Source: a virus
Taxonomy: Duplodnaviria > Caudoviricetes
Reading direction: 5' to 3' (one strand)
DNA: 64,000 bases
Virus record (IMG/VR): IMGVR_UViG_3300029305_003961
Span: 32,664 to 96,663 of that record
In this document: in pieces, positions 55,459 to 63,253 of the stretch
Position numbering within the stretch: position 1 is the first letter of the stretch
Layout of the letters: each line of letters opens with the position of its first letter
Position numbers and translations under genes: made by a program
The notes under the pieces: generated by a model
Seen by the model: the letters and a program-made list of their open reading frames with translations, nothing else
The model's database searches: none
What the model was told of the DNA's origin: nothing

Positions 55459-55895
55459 AACGCTCGAGACCGGAGGCCGCGAGCGTAATTTATAATTGTA
55501 TCACACTTTGGAGATTTTGTCAAGCGGTAATTCTGTACAAAATCTCCCTTTTATTTTCCCAATATCTTGTGCAATATTCCAACTTGATTTTTTATTAAAA
55601 ATATGATATTATATATACATCAAGAGGGGAACAGAACAAGTTCCCACGGCACGCAAAGCCGATAAAATCCAACAAAAAAAGTTGAAAAAACCTCTTGACA
55701 AATTACACATTATATGATATAATGTGTATACAAGGTAAGGGTGCTGTCAAGGTGATTGGGAGCAACGGATACCAAGTCGACAAAGGTGGAACAGAAATTC
55801 CCTTGAAAAAGTCCTTGACAAATCCCCCAACTTATGCTATAATAAGTGTGTTCCCAAGGGAACGAAAAATCAAAATTAAGAAAGAGGTAATGACT

Positions 55896-56285
55896 ATGGC
55901 TACCAAGAAAACTGTTGTACAGATGTATGAGGAAATCAAGGCTATCCCCGGCCTGTCCGCTGAGCAGATTGCGTTCCTCGAAAAGCGGATTGAGATTACC
56001 AAGAACAAGAACGCCAAGCGTGAGGGTGCTGACCCCACTCCCAAGCAGAAAGAGAAGATGGCGGCTGATGCGGCTACCGAGAACGCAGTTCTCTCTGCTA
56101 TGTCCCCCGGTGTGTCCTATAACGCCGGTGATATCGTGAAACTCATTGACCGGGCTGATGTGCCCAATACTCAGAAACTGACCCCCCGGCTGACCGCACT
56201 GGTCAATGACGGCAAGGTGGTTAAGTCTGTGGTCAAGGGTCGCTCCGTCTACTCTCTGCCCTCTGCTGAGGGCGAGGGGGACTAA
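55896..56285 (+). CDS. Winged-helix-like protein, paralog A2
   Basis: Same length (129 aa) and long identical blocks with 53208..53597. Confidence 0.7.
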   Translation: MATKKTVVQMYEEIKAIPGLSAEQIAFLEKRIEITKNKNAKREGADPTPKQKEKMAADAATENAVLSAMSPGVSYNAGDIVKLIDRADVPNTQKLTPRLTALVNDGKVVKSVVKGRSVYSLPSAEGEGD

Positions 56286-56340
56286 AACCCCCAAGGGAGA
56301 GGGGCAACCCTCTCCCCTCCCTAGAAAGTGAGGTAAGTAA

Positions 56341-56763
56341 GTGGCTATCAATGAAAAAGACCCTCGCGTAATTGCTATGCGACGGATGAAATATTCCGAT
56401 TATCAAATCGAGGAAATGCTTGAGGATGATAAGGAAACGGACAGAGGTGTTATCCACGAATGGGATTTGTCCCCAGAGGAACACAAAAAGGCTATGAAGT
56501 ACGCCAATGTTGACGAGCATAAGAAGTCCGCTGAGCCTACCGCCAAGAAGTCCCCCACGGTCTATAATTGGAATACTGAGGGCAAGAAACGCACCGAAAA
56601 TGTGACCAAGGTTGAGTTAATCGCAGTTTTGGCGCAGTTTTTGTCCGACAATACCGATTTGGGATGCGAAAATGTCGAAATAACCAATAAACAGGGCAAG
56701 ATTGCTTTCAAAATTGGTGAAAATGACTTCACTTTCTCGCTGACCCAGCACCGAAAGAAGTAA
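56341..56763 (+). CDS. Hypothetical protein, paralog B2
   Basis: QIEEMLEDDKETDRGV; GAGGT SD. Confidence 0.65.
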   Translation: MAINEKDPRVIAMRRMKYSDYQIEEMLEDDKETDRGVIHEWDLSPEEHKKAMKYANVDEHKKSAEPTAKKSPTVYNWNTEGKKRTENVTKVELIAVLAQFLSDNTDLGCENVEITNKQGKIAFKIGENDFTFSLTQHRKK

Positions 56764-56797
56764 GGGGCGGTAAAACCGCCCCTTATAGGAGAAAAAA

Positions 56798-57088
56798 ATG
56801 AAAGTTTTTATTATCGTCGAGGAATGCCACGGCGCAATCGGTGTAGCAACTTCTCCCAAGTCCGCTATGCGGTGGTTGATTGAGCAAGGCTGGATTGATG
56901 AATATACGGATTTTTTTGTATATCAAGAATCCGATAATGAACAAGAACAAATGACCATCCGCACTTATTGCGACCAAGAAGGCATTGCTGATTGGCAACA
57001 GTGGCTTATTGATAACGCAAGTCCAGAATGGTTAGAATGGCATTTTCTAATTTATCTGCGTGAGCACGACCTTGCGGAAACTGAATAA
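56798..57088 (+). CDS. Acidic hypothetical protein
   Basis: AGGAG SD; followed by a terminator. Confidence 0.7.
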   Translation: MKVFIIVEECHGAIGVATSPKSAMRWLIEQGWIDEYTDFFVYQESDNEQEQMTIRTYCDQEGIADWQQWLIDNASPEWLEWHFLIYLREHDLAETE

Positions 57089-57946
57089 ATATACGCACCC
57101 TATACAAGGGTGCGTTTTTATGTTAACCCCGGGTCGTGGGCGATGCTCACGACCCGAATTTCCGTTCGGTTATTCATAGCGGCATTTTTTCTCTTGAAAG
57201 TCAAATAAAAAATTTAAATTTGATTTTTCCCGAAACCCTTATACCGCACATTGCTTTATGACCGGCCGCTATGGGACATAGCAGGCCGACTTTCAAACCG
57301 CGTTATAATCCGGAAAATTTTCTCGTTCTAGCAACCCTTTGAACGCCATTCTATATTTTCCCAAAAACCTACCGACCCATCCCCAAAAAATTTTATGTCC
57401 AGGAACATCAAAATTTAGCATATTTATCTACCAAAATTCTTTTCACGAATATCTTCTTCATTTTACTACTTTTCTCGTATGTAATTTTTTACCAGGGCCG
57501 CATTAGCCCCATCCGCAATAGAAATGCGTTTTTCTAGCGATTTCCCCTTCTACTTTTTATCATCTCTATTGGAACCAGGAGCCCATCTATGGAAAAGAAA
57601 AATAGTCAAATGAAAAGATGTTCGTTTTTCAAGAAAATCGTGACAAACAGGGCGCTTTTTCGCTATTTTATTTGATTTTTTAATAAATTTATTATATAAT
57701 ATATATGGTGGAGGATAATTTTGCGGCCGAACGGGTGTCTTTTTGCTTAATGCGCCGGCAAAAAAACCATTTTTCTTTTATTATATCATATTTTTTATAA
57801 AAAATCAAATAAAAGCGCTTAAAATTGACATTTTTTATTATTTTTGATATAATTATAATGGAAAAGAATAGGATTTTGAAAACCGCTAAATATAAAAAAA
57901 GGACGCACTAGGCGTCCTTTAAAACACTCTTTCTTACACCTTGGGA

Positions 57947-58378
57947 TTACAAGCCCAGGCCCTTGAAAAATTCCTCAAAGATATCATCGGTGGTTACGGA
58001 CTTTTTAGTCGACGCAATATCGACCTTCTTGCTTTTGGCGCTGGTCTTAATAACCTCGACATCCAGAAGAGCAAGAGTAAGGTCAACAATAGCGTTTAGG
58101 TCATCTTCTTTCCACTCACCTTCGACAAGGCCCAGTTCGGGATAGTGGCGGGCAAAGAACGCAAAGGCGTCATTGAGCAACTGTTTCAGTTCACTGCGCT
58201 TTGCGGCGGCCTTGGCTTCACGCTCCAGTCTGGCAGCGCGCTCTGCTTCGGCTTTAGCCTTGGCTTCTGCTTGCTCTTTTTCAAAGCGGGCCATAGCCTC
58301 ATTAAGGGCGTTGGTGAATTCCTCGGCAATGGCTTCGCTAGTCTCGCCGTTCGCAAGACGCGTATAAATAGTTTCCAT
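57947..58378 (-). CDS. Hypothetical coiled-coil protein
   Basis: AAGGAG SD; own TTGATT/TATAAT promoter. Confidence 0.7.
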   Translation of the reverse strand: METIYTRLANGETSEAIAEEFTNALNEAMARFEKEQAEAKAKAEAERAARLEREAKAAAKRSELKQLLNDAFAFFARHYPELGLVEGEWKEDDLNAIVDLTLALLDVEVIKTSAKSKKVDIASTKKSVTTDDIFEEFFKGLGL

Positions 58379-58538
58379 AGGGTATAATACTCCTTTATCA
58401 TTTTTATTTTATTATACTATATTTTTTATAAAAAATCAACTTGAGGATAACGGAGACGACGTGAATAGTATGGCTAAGCGCGGAAACCGTTCGCACACCT
58501 ACTCCCCAATTTTTAATTAAATTTCTAAATTTTCAATT

Positions 58539-58955
58539 CTATACTCCAAGAGTCGGACGAATCTTTACCCACTGGTTATTCAACTCGTTCATAACCTTCT
58601 CATACCAATTTACATCATATAGTGGAACTTCCATTTCCTTAACCGGAAACTCTGGAGTTTTTCGTTCCTCCTCCTGTGTTCCAGAAGACACAGAGACTTC
58701 CTTTACGTAAGGAGGCGGCACAGGAGCCTCCTTTTTCTTCGGACGCCATACCTCTTCGTCAAAGTCAACTACGTGAAGCCCTTCGCTATCACTCTGAATA
58801 TGCGCAATTTCCTCGCCTTTCCAGAGCATTTTTCCATAATTACCACTAATCCAATAGACAGAGAAGATATCGTTATCTATTGAGGCGTTTATTGCGGCAA
58901 CCAAGGTTGGAAAATCATATACATTTTTATTCTTATATGTACCTAACTTACCCAT
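58539..58955 (-). CDS. Hypothetical protein
   Basis: AAGGAG SD. Confidence 0.65.
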   Translation of the reverse strand: MGKLGTYKNKNVYDFPTLVAAINASIDNDIFSVYWISGNYGKMLWKGEEIAHIQSDSEGLHVVDFDEEVWRPKKKEAPVPPPYVKEVSVSSGTQEEERKTPEFPVKEMEVPLYDVNWYEKVMNELNNQWVKIRPTLGV

Positions 58956-59137
58956 AACTTTCTCCTTTTACTTTTTCTTACTTATATTATACCATATTAT
59001 TTTATATTTTTCAAAATTGAGATTTCAAAACTATGCGGCGGTTTTTATTTCTATTTTACCCCACCCCCGGCCAGCGCTAAAGAGTTTGAATAGCGAGAGC
59101 GAAGCGACCGCTATTCAAACTCGCTTATTTATTAAGC

Positions 59138-59507
59138 GGAACAAAAAGTTCCGCCTATATATTAATAGGAACTTTTTGTTCCAAAAACCAGTAATTTAGG
59201 AACAATTTGTTCCTAAACATCTATAATAAATCCGGAACAAATTGTTCCTAAACACTACTTCAATAATTTAGGAACAATTTGTTCCGAGTTAAAAAAGTAT
59301 TGAAAGGAACAAATTGTTCCAAAAAGCATCATTTTTTAGTATTTTACTTACACAAAAAGTTCCCTTTTCCGTCCTTTTGCGGAACAAATTGTTCCTAAAC
59401 TATTATTTTCCCATTTTTCGGAACAATTTGTTCCTCTCGCGCACTTTAAAGGAACAATTTGTTCCTAAACTACTTAAAATCCATAATATTTTGGAACAAT
59501 TTGTTCC
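59138..59507. repeat. Array of 15-bp palindromes GGAACAAWTTGTTCC; candidate replication origin/iterons
   Basis: Perfect copies at 59199, 59234, 59271, 59306, 59381, 59420, 59451, 59493; variants at 59138, 59168, 59349; AT-rich spacers. Confidence 0.9.
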
Positions 59508-59803
59508 GAAATTACTAAAACTCCATTATCTTCTTTAACAAACCCATTATCTATTAAATCTTTTACTCCATCATCTATAGCCTTGCGCACACTGCGGCCA
59601 CTTGTTTCGTAATCTAATCCCAACCATTTCGCATAAGCCGATGGATTCATATTCCAAGTATAACCGTCTGAATTACTCATTAAATAAAGATACAATTTTA
59701 ACCCACACAATTTTAACTTACCCGCAGCGCTACCTACTGAATCAACATTTAAACCTAAAAAATGAGGTTGTAAAGGTTCTTTTTTAATCATAAATTTAGC
59801 CAT
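59474..59803 (-). CDS. Winged-HTH protein, candidate initiator/iteron binder
   Basis: LKLYLYLMSN...AKWLG...GVKDLIDNGFV; last repeat lies inside its 3' end. Confidence 0.65.
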   Translation of the reverse strand: MAKFMIKKEPLQPHFLGLNVDSVGSAAGKLKLCGLKLYLYLMSNSDGYTWNMNPSAYAKWLGLDYETSGRSVRKAIDDGVKDLIDNGFVKEDNGVLVISEQIVPKYYGF

Positions 59804-59990
59804 TGGAAGTCGTCCCCCTTTTTAGTAAGGACTCAAAAGCCTCTAATAGTTCTGGAGTTTCTTCATATACCCAGCAGTTAAATCTTGTATTATTCGGGTT
59901 TTTCATTTCCGTAATATACTAAAATCCCTATGACTATAATGCTATATGAATCTATAGGGAGTAAATAACTTTATATTTGATATTTGACAT
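59796..59990 (-). CDS. Small protein (DUF5659-like), 64 aa, 4 TAG
   Basis: MSNIKYKVIYSL*IHIAL*S*GF*YITEMKNPNNTRFNCWVYEETPELLEAF; AAGGGAG SD. Confidence 0.65.
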
Positions 59991-60004
59991 TTAAATTAAC
60001 TCCC

Positions 60005-60136
60005 TTACTTCTAATTATTAATATAGTCTTTAATAAGGCGTCTAATAATCTATGAGACGCTTAAATCCTGCTCTCTAGCCAAAGCCGCAAGAATCTCCTT
60101 GTCTTGGTCTTCAATTTTAATAGTAATACTTGCCAA
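60005..60136 (-). CDS. Ribbon-helix-helix (CopG-like) protein, 43 aa, 2 TAG
   Basis: MASITIKIEDQDKEILAALAREQDLSVS*IIRRLIKDYINN*K. Confidence 0.7.
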
Positions 60137-60324
60137 AATATTCACTTCCTTTCACTAAATAATGAAACTGGCGAGTCTTATTTTTATTTATTCTGTCCAA
60201 AAATTTTTTATTTCGTCTTATCTAATTATATCATTTTCTTTACGGTTTGTCAAATGTTCCCTTCTTTGATTTTATATAAAAAATATTATATAATAATTAT
60301 ATAATAAAGAAAGGAAGGATATAA

Positions 60325-60501
60325 ATGCCTAAGCGATTATATTACTGTATGGTTTGGCAACATATGTGCGAGGAGCCTATGACCAAATTTATTTACGCAG
60401 ATTCAGTGCGCGATCTTGTAGACGAATTTTTAAACTACGGATATATTTCCGTGTCTATCACCGATATTACGGATATGGAGGTAGGAAATCTTGATATGTG
60501 A
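60325..60501 (+). CDS. Small hypothetical protein, 58 aa
   Basis: AAGGA SD after a promoter; MPKRLYYCMVW... Confidence 0.55.
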   Translation: MPKRLYYCMVWQHMCEEPMTKFIYADSVRDLVDEFLNYGYISVSITDITDMEVGNLDM

Positions 60502-60808
60502 TTTTTGCGGCCAAGGGGGAGCAACCGTTATAAACGAAGACCTACGCTTAAGTTGTCCCCGTTGTACTTCTCTATTCAATACTTGCGCAATGTGTGCGCA
60601 GGCTGCTTTTTGTGATTTCGAAACGAACCCCATAGACTTGCCGAAACAGGTCCAAAAGGTTGTCCGTCAGGGAAATATGACTTTCCAAAGTGTCGTTCCC
60701 AATGAAAATCGTATCCGAGAAACCTGTCTCAAAAATTGTTCTTGCTACGACCCCGATTTTGGATGTTTAAAGCAAAATGGAACTTGTAGTAAATATAAGG
60801 AGAGATAA
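60491..60808 (+). CDS. Cys-rich (zinc-binding) protein
   Basis: Multiple CxxC pairs; GGAGG SD. Confidence 0.65.
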   Translation: MICDFCGQGGATVINEDLRLSCPRCTSLFNTCAMCAQAAFCDFETNPIDLPKQVQKVVRQGNMTFQSVVPNENRIRETCLKNCSCYDPDFGCLKQNGTCSKYKER

Positions 60809-60814
60809 AAGACT

Positions 60815-61321
60815 ATGATTTTAATTTTCTTGCTGATTGCGGCCTTTATTTTTGCCATCTTTTTCGGCATTGTCGAATGTAGTTTTAGTGAAGGCCTCGC
60901 CTCTTTTGTGGGGATGGCAATGGTCGCCGTAATGCTTACCGTCTTAATTTGTTGCGGCACGTGGGGCGAATTGGAAATTGAAAGCACCGATAAAATCGAA
61001 ATTCACGCCCTCGTTGATAACGCCTCTTATAGCGGCACAATAAGTAATAGCGTTTTTCTCATTCGCGGCCATATCAACGAAACCCTTAAATACCAATATA
61101 TGTATTATAAAGACGGTTATGGGTGGACGCTCGGTGAAGCACACGTGCGACAAAGTTATCTAAACTATACCTCAGAAAATCCTTATCTTGAAATCATTAA
61201 TTATAAATATAAAGATGACTTTCTTCAATGGTTGATACCATATATCGGTGATTGCGAGTATCGGTTCTTCCTGCCGTCAAATGCCGAAATTATCGATGAT
61301 TTTGTAATAGACCTTAACTAA
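60815..61321 (+). CDS. Membrane-anchored protein
   Basis: Two N-terminal TM helices. Confidence 0.65.
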   Translation: MILIFLLIAAFIFAIFFGIVECSFSEGLASFVGMAMVAVMLTVLICCGTWGELEIESTDKIEIHALVDNASYSGTISNSVFLIRGHINETLKYQYMYYKDGYGWTLGEAHVRQSYLNYTSENPYLEIINYKYKDDFLQWLIPYIGDCEYRFFLPSNAEIIDDFVIDLN

Positions 61322-61413
61322 TATGGTGCCGGAGGCTAATGCTTCCGGCGCTTTTTGATTTTATAATAAAATTATGATATAATATTTATATAAAAGTTAA
61401 AAAGGTGATAATT

Positions 61414-61590
61414 ATGAAATTTAATATCTATATTTTCGATTGGGATACAGAGTACGAATATGAGCGTGCGACCATTCAATGCGACACCTATAGCGAAATG
61501 ATGAAGTATGCCGAAAACCTTTGTAGTAAAGTAATGAAAGAACACAACTTAGAAAGTGTATGTTGGAATTATGAGGAGGTAAAAAAGTAA
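61414..61590 (+). CDS. Small hypothetical protein
   Basis: AAGGTG SD after a promoter. Confidence 0.55.
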   Translation: MKFNIYIFDWDTEYEYERATIQCDTYSEMMKYAENLCSKVMKEHNLESVCWNYEEVKK

Positions 61591-61865
61591 TGTCTATTAG
61601 TAATACTACCTTTCATCCGTCTCGTGTTGAAGACCGTATTTATGATTTGATGAATGAAGAAAAATATATAGCCGGCATTGATTGTTATACCGAAGACCTC
61701 TTCACCGCAGTACACGAAATGATTAAGGATGAATTCCCCGACGTAGAATGGGAAACTTTCATCACCCCTACTTTGCGACCCGGTATTAGTGTACAAAGTT
61801 TTGCCTGGGTCGAAGATGGCCACATCCATTTAATTGGTTGGGATTTTGAGGAGGAAGAAGCGTAA
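61590..61865 (+). CDS. Acidic hypothetical protein
   Basis: AGGAGG SD; translationally coupled. Confidence 0.65.
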   Translation: MSISNTTFHPSRVEDRIYDLMNEEKYIAGIDCYTEDLFTAVHEMIKDEFPDVEWETFITPTLRPGISVQSFAWVEDGHIHLIGWDFEEEEA

Positions 61866-62629
61866 TGCCTAATTATTATGTTGCCAAGTCATATCAGTCT
61901 TGGCCCGTAGAGGGTGAAGTATTTGAAGAAAATAAAAAGATGTATCTGAAAGTGCGCAATCCAAAAGGAGAAATCAAGCAGGTGCGGGCCTATTCTGAAT
62001 TGGAATATCGCCGACTTTATGGGGAGACCTGCGGCAACCCCGCTTCACAGTCCGGTGTAGCGATAAAGACTGGCAGCCCTGTAGTAAAGAGTGTTTTGGG
62101 CTTTGATGAGGGATATATTTGGATTTTTAAGGGCGACCTCGATAATGCGGAGTATTGGTTTAGTAGAACACCCGAGGCTCGTTTCAATGTTCTATGGGGC
62201 TGGTATATTGTTTCTACTGAAGCCATTCCTTTTGATATGCCGTCTTGTATTGAAGCAGTGAAACTGCCCTGGGAAAAAATAGGTAATACTGATGGAACAC
62301 TTTTGCCCAAAGGCATTATAGAAGCAGTCATTAATGAACTCCGCTATGGCGGCCATCCCTCTCAGTTCCAAGGAAGTATCGGTAGTCGTCTAACTCTAAC
62401 CCTTTACCTTAAGCAGATTGAAACCCTGCCGCCCACTCAGTACGGCGCGCAATATATCTACACTTTTGAGGACAAAGATGCCAACATCTTTACCTGGCGC
62501 ACTGGCGTGAATAAGGATTGGTCTATTGGCGACGAAATCCACTGTAAGGCCGGTGTAAAGTCTCACGATACCGTACGGGGCCAGCGCCAAACCGCATTAA
62601 CTCGTTTGATTCAAAATAAGGGGAAGTAA
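61865..62629 (+). CDS. Hypothetical protein with C-terminal OB-fold-like domain
   Basis: SQFQGSIGSRL...YG..YIYTFED...FTW.T...VK.H...QT.LTR pattern. Confidence 0.55.
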   Translation: MPNYYVAKSYQSWPVEGEVFEENKKMYLKVRNPKGEIKQVRAYSELEYRRLYGETCGNPASQSGVAIKTGSPVVKSVLGFDEGYIWIFKGDLDNAEYWFSRTPEARFNVLWGWYIVSTEAIPFDMPSCIEAVKLPWEKIGNTDGTLLPKGIIEAVINELRYGGHPSQFQGSIGSRLTLTLYLKQIETLPPTQYGAQYIYTFEDKDANIFTWRTGVNKDWSIGDEIHCKAGVKSHDTVRGQRQTALTRLIQNKGK

Positions 62630-62857
62630 ATGATTAACTGGTTCCGTAGACGCAAAGTTCGTAAGGCTATTAAAGATATATTTAGCATATCAAGAAGTTT
62701 TATTCTTGAATGCAATAAGCAGGACTGTGAAGAAATTATTGTTGCATTACAAGGTTTGCTTGCAGACTATGCTAATAAATATGGTAAGGATGATATCTAC
62801 TATCATTATATCGGACGTTTAGAATTTTTTAAACTTATAGGAGATTGGAAAAAATAA
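62630..62857 (+). CDS. Hypothetical protein
   Basis: Fits the operon context. Confidence 0.55.
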   Translation: MINWFRRRKVRKAIKDIFSISRSFILECNKQDCEEIIVALQGLLADYANKYGKDDIYYHYIGRLEFFKLIGDWKK

Positions 62858-63180
62858 TGAAAAGATTTGTTATTTGTTTTGCTCTGGCAATTTCAATTAT
62901 GCTCGGCCTATGTGCCTGCCAGGAAGTTGTTGTTGATGAGGGAGAAGAAAGAGTTATTTATGACGGCACTTTTTTAAAAATCAAATCTAATATAAGAGGT
63001 TGTAATTATATCGTATATGATAAAAACACTAAAATAGTATATTATCTTGAAACTGCCGCTGGAGGCGATGGCGGCCATCTCTCCCCCTATTTAATCTACC
63101 AAGATGGTGCGCTTTATGGCGCAATTTTCCAAGATGGTGAAATTATTCCTGTGCCCTATGCTTATATCCCTCTCGAATGA
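62857..63180 (+). CDS. Putative lipoprotein
   Basis: MKRFVICFALAISIMLGLCAC signal peptide and lipobox. Confidence 0.65.
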   Translation: MKRFVICFALAISIMLGLCACQEVVVDEGEERVIYDGTFLKIKSNIRGCNYIVYDKNTKIVYYLETAAGGDGGHLSPYLIYQDGALYGAIFQDGEIIPVPYAYIPLE

Positions 63181-63253
63181 GAGGGATATTTTTGATTTTA
63201 TATAAAAAATATTATATAATATATATATAAAGTAGTGAAAGGAATTGATAACT

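Larger units (their letters stand above)
40824..55845 (+). promoter_or_regulatory. At least 18 near-consensus sigma70/sigmaA promoters (cTTGACAaa-N17-TATAAT-like, usually extended -10)
   Basis: -35 boxes at 40824, 41217, 42658, 43395, 43557, 44057, 44465, 45311, 45617, 46091, 48378, 49460, 52146, 53122, 54068, 54347, 55695, 55815, most with A-tract UP elements. Confidence 0.85.
40679..57161. repeat. Dispersed family of 15 inverted repeats (mostly 27 nt) each followed by A(A/G)TT
   Basis: Starts at 40679, 41114, 41665, 42037, 42550, 43121, 43969, 44801, 45982, 47746, 49284, 51946, 53980, 55460, 57130. Confidence 0.9.

Noticed and set aside
40824-55895. Track starts at TTG of TTGACA (40824, 49460, 55695)
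   Set aside because: These are -35 boxes; the real starts are downstream ATGs with SD sequences.
38981-57000. Numerous minus-strand and overlapping track ORFs in the early block (e.g. 52356..53171, 50927..51763, 42647..43282)
   Set aside because: Shadow frames of GC-richer plus-strand genes; no SD and opposite to the main promoters.
40679-57161. Canonical integron attC sites, or simple terminators
   Set aside because: No RYYYAAC/GTTRRRY ends, too short, and no integrase in view. Most copies follow a separate terminator and have AATT rather than a U-tract directly after the stem.
57160-57900. Hidden TAG-recoded gene in the long gap
   Set aside because: The minus-strand frames I tried hit TAA/TGA quickly and no SD-led start was found; treated as non-coding.
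59138-59507. CRISPR or TIGR-like array
   Set aside because: Repeats are only 15 bp, spacing is irregular, spacers are AT-rich and partly similar, one repeat is inside a CDS, and no cas or Nop-domain gene is adjacent.
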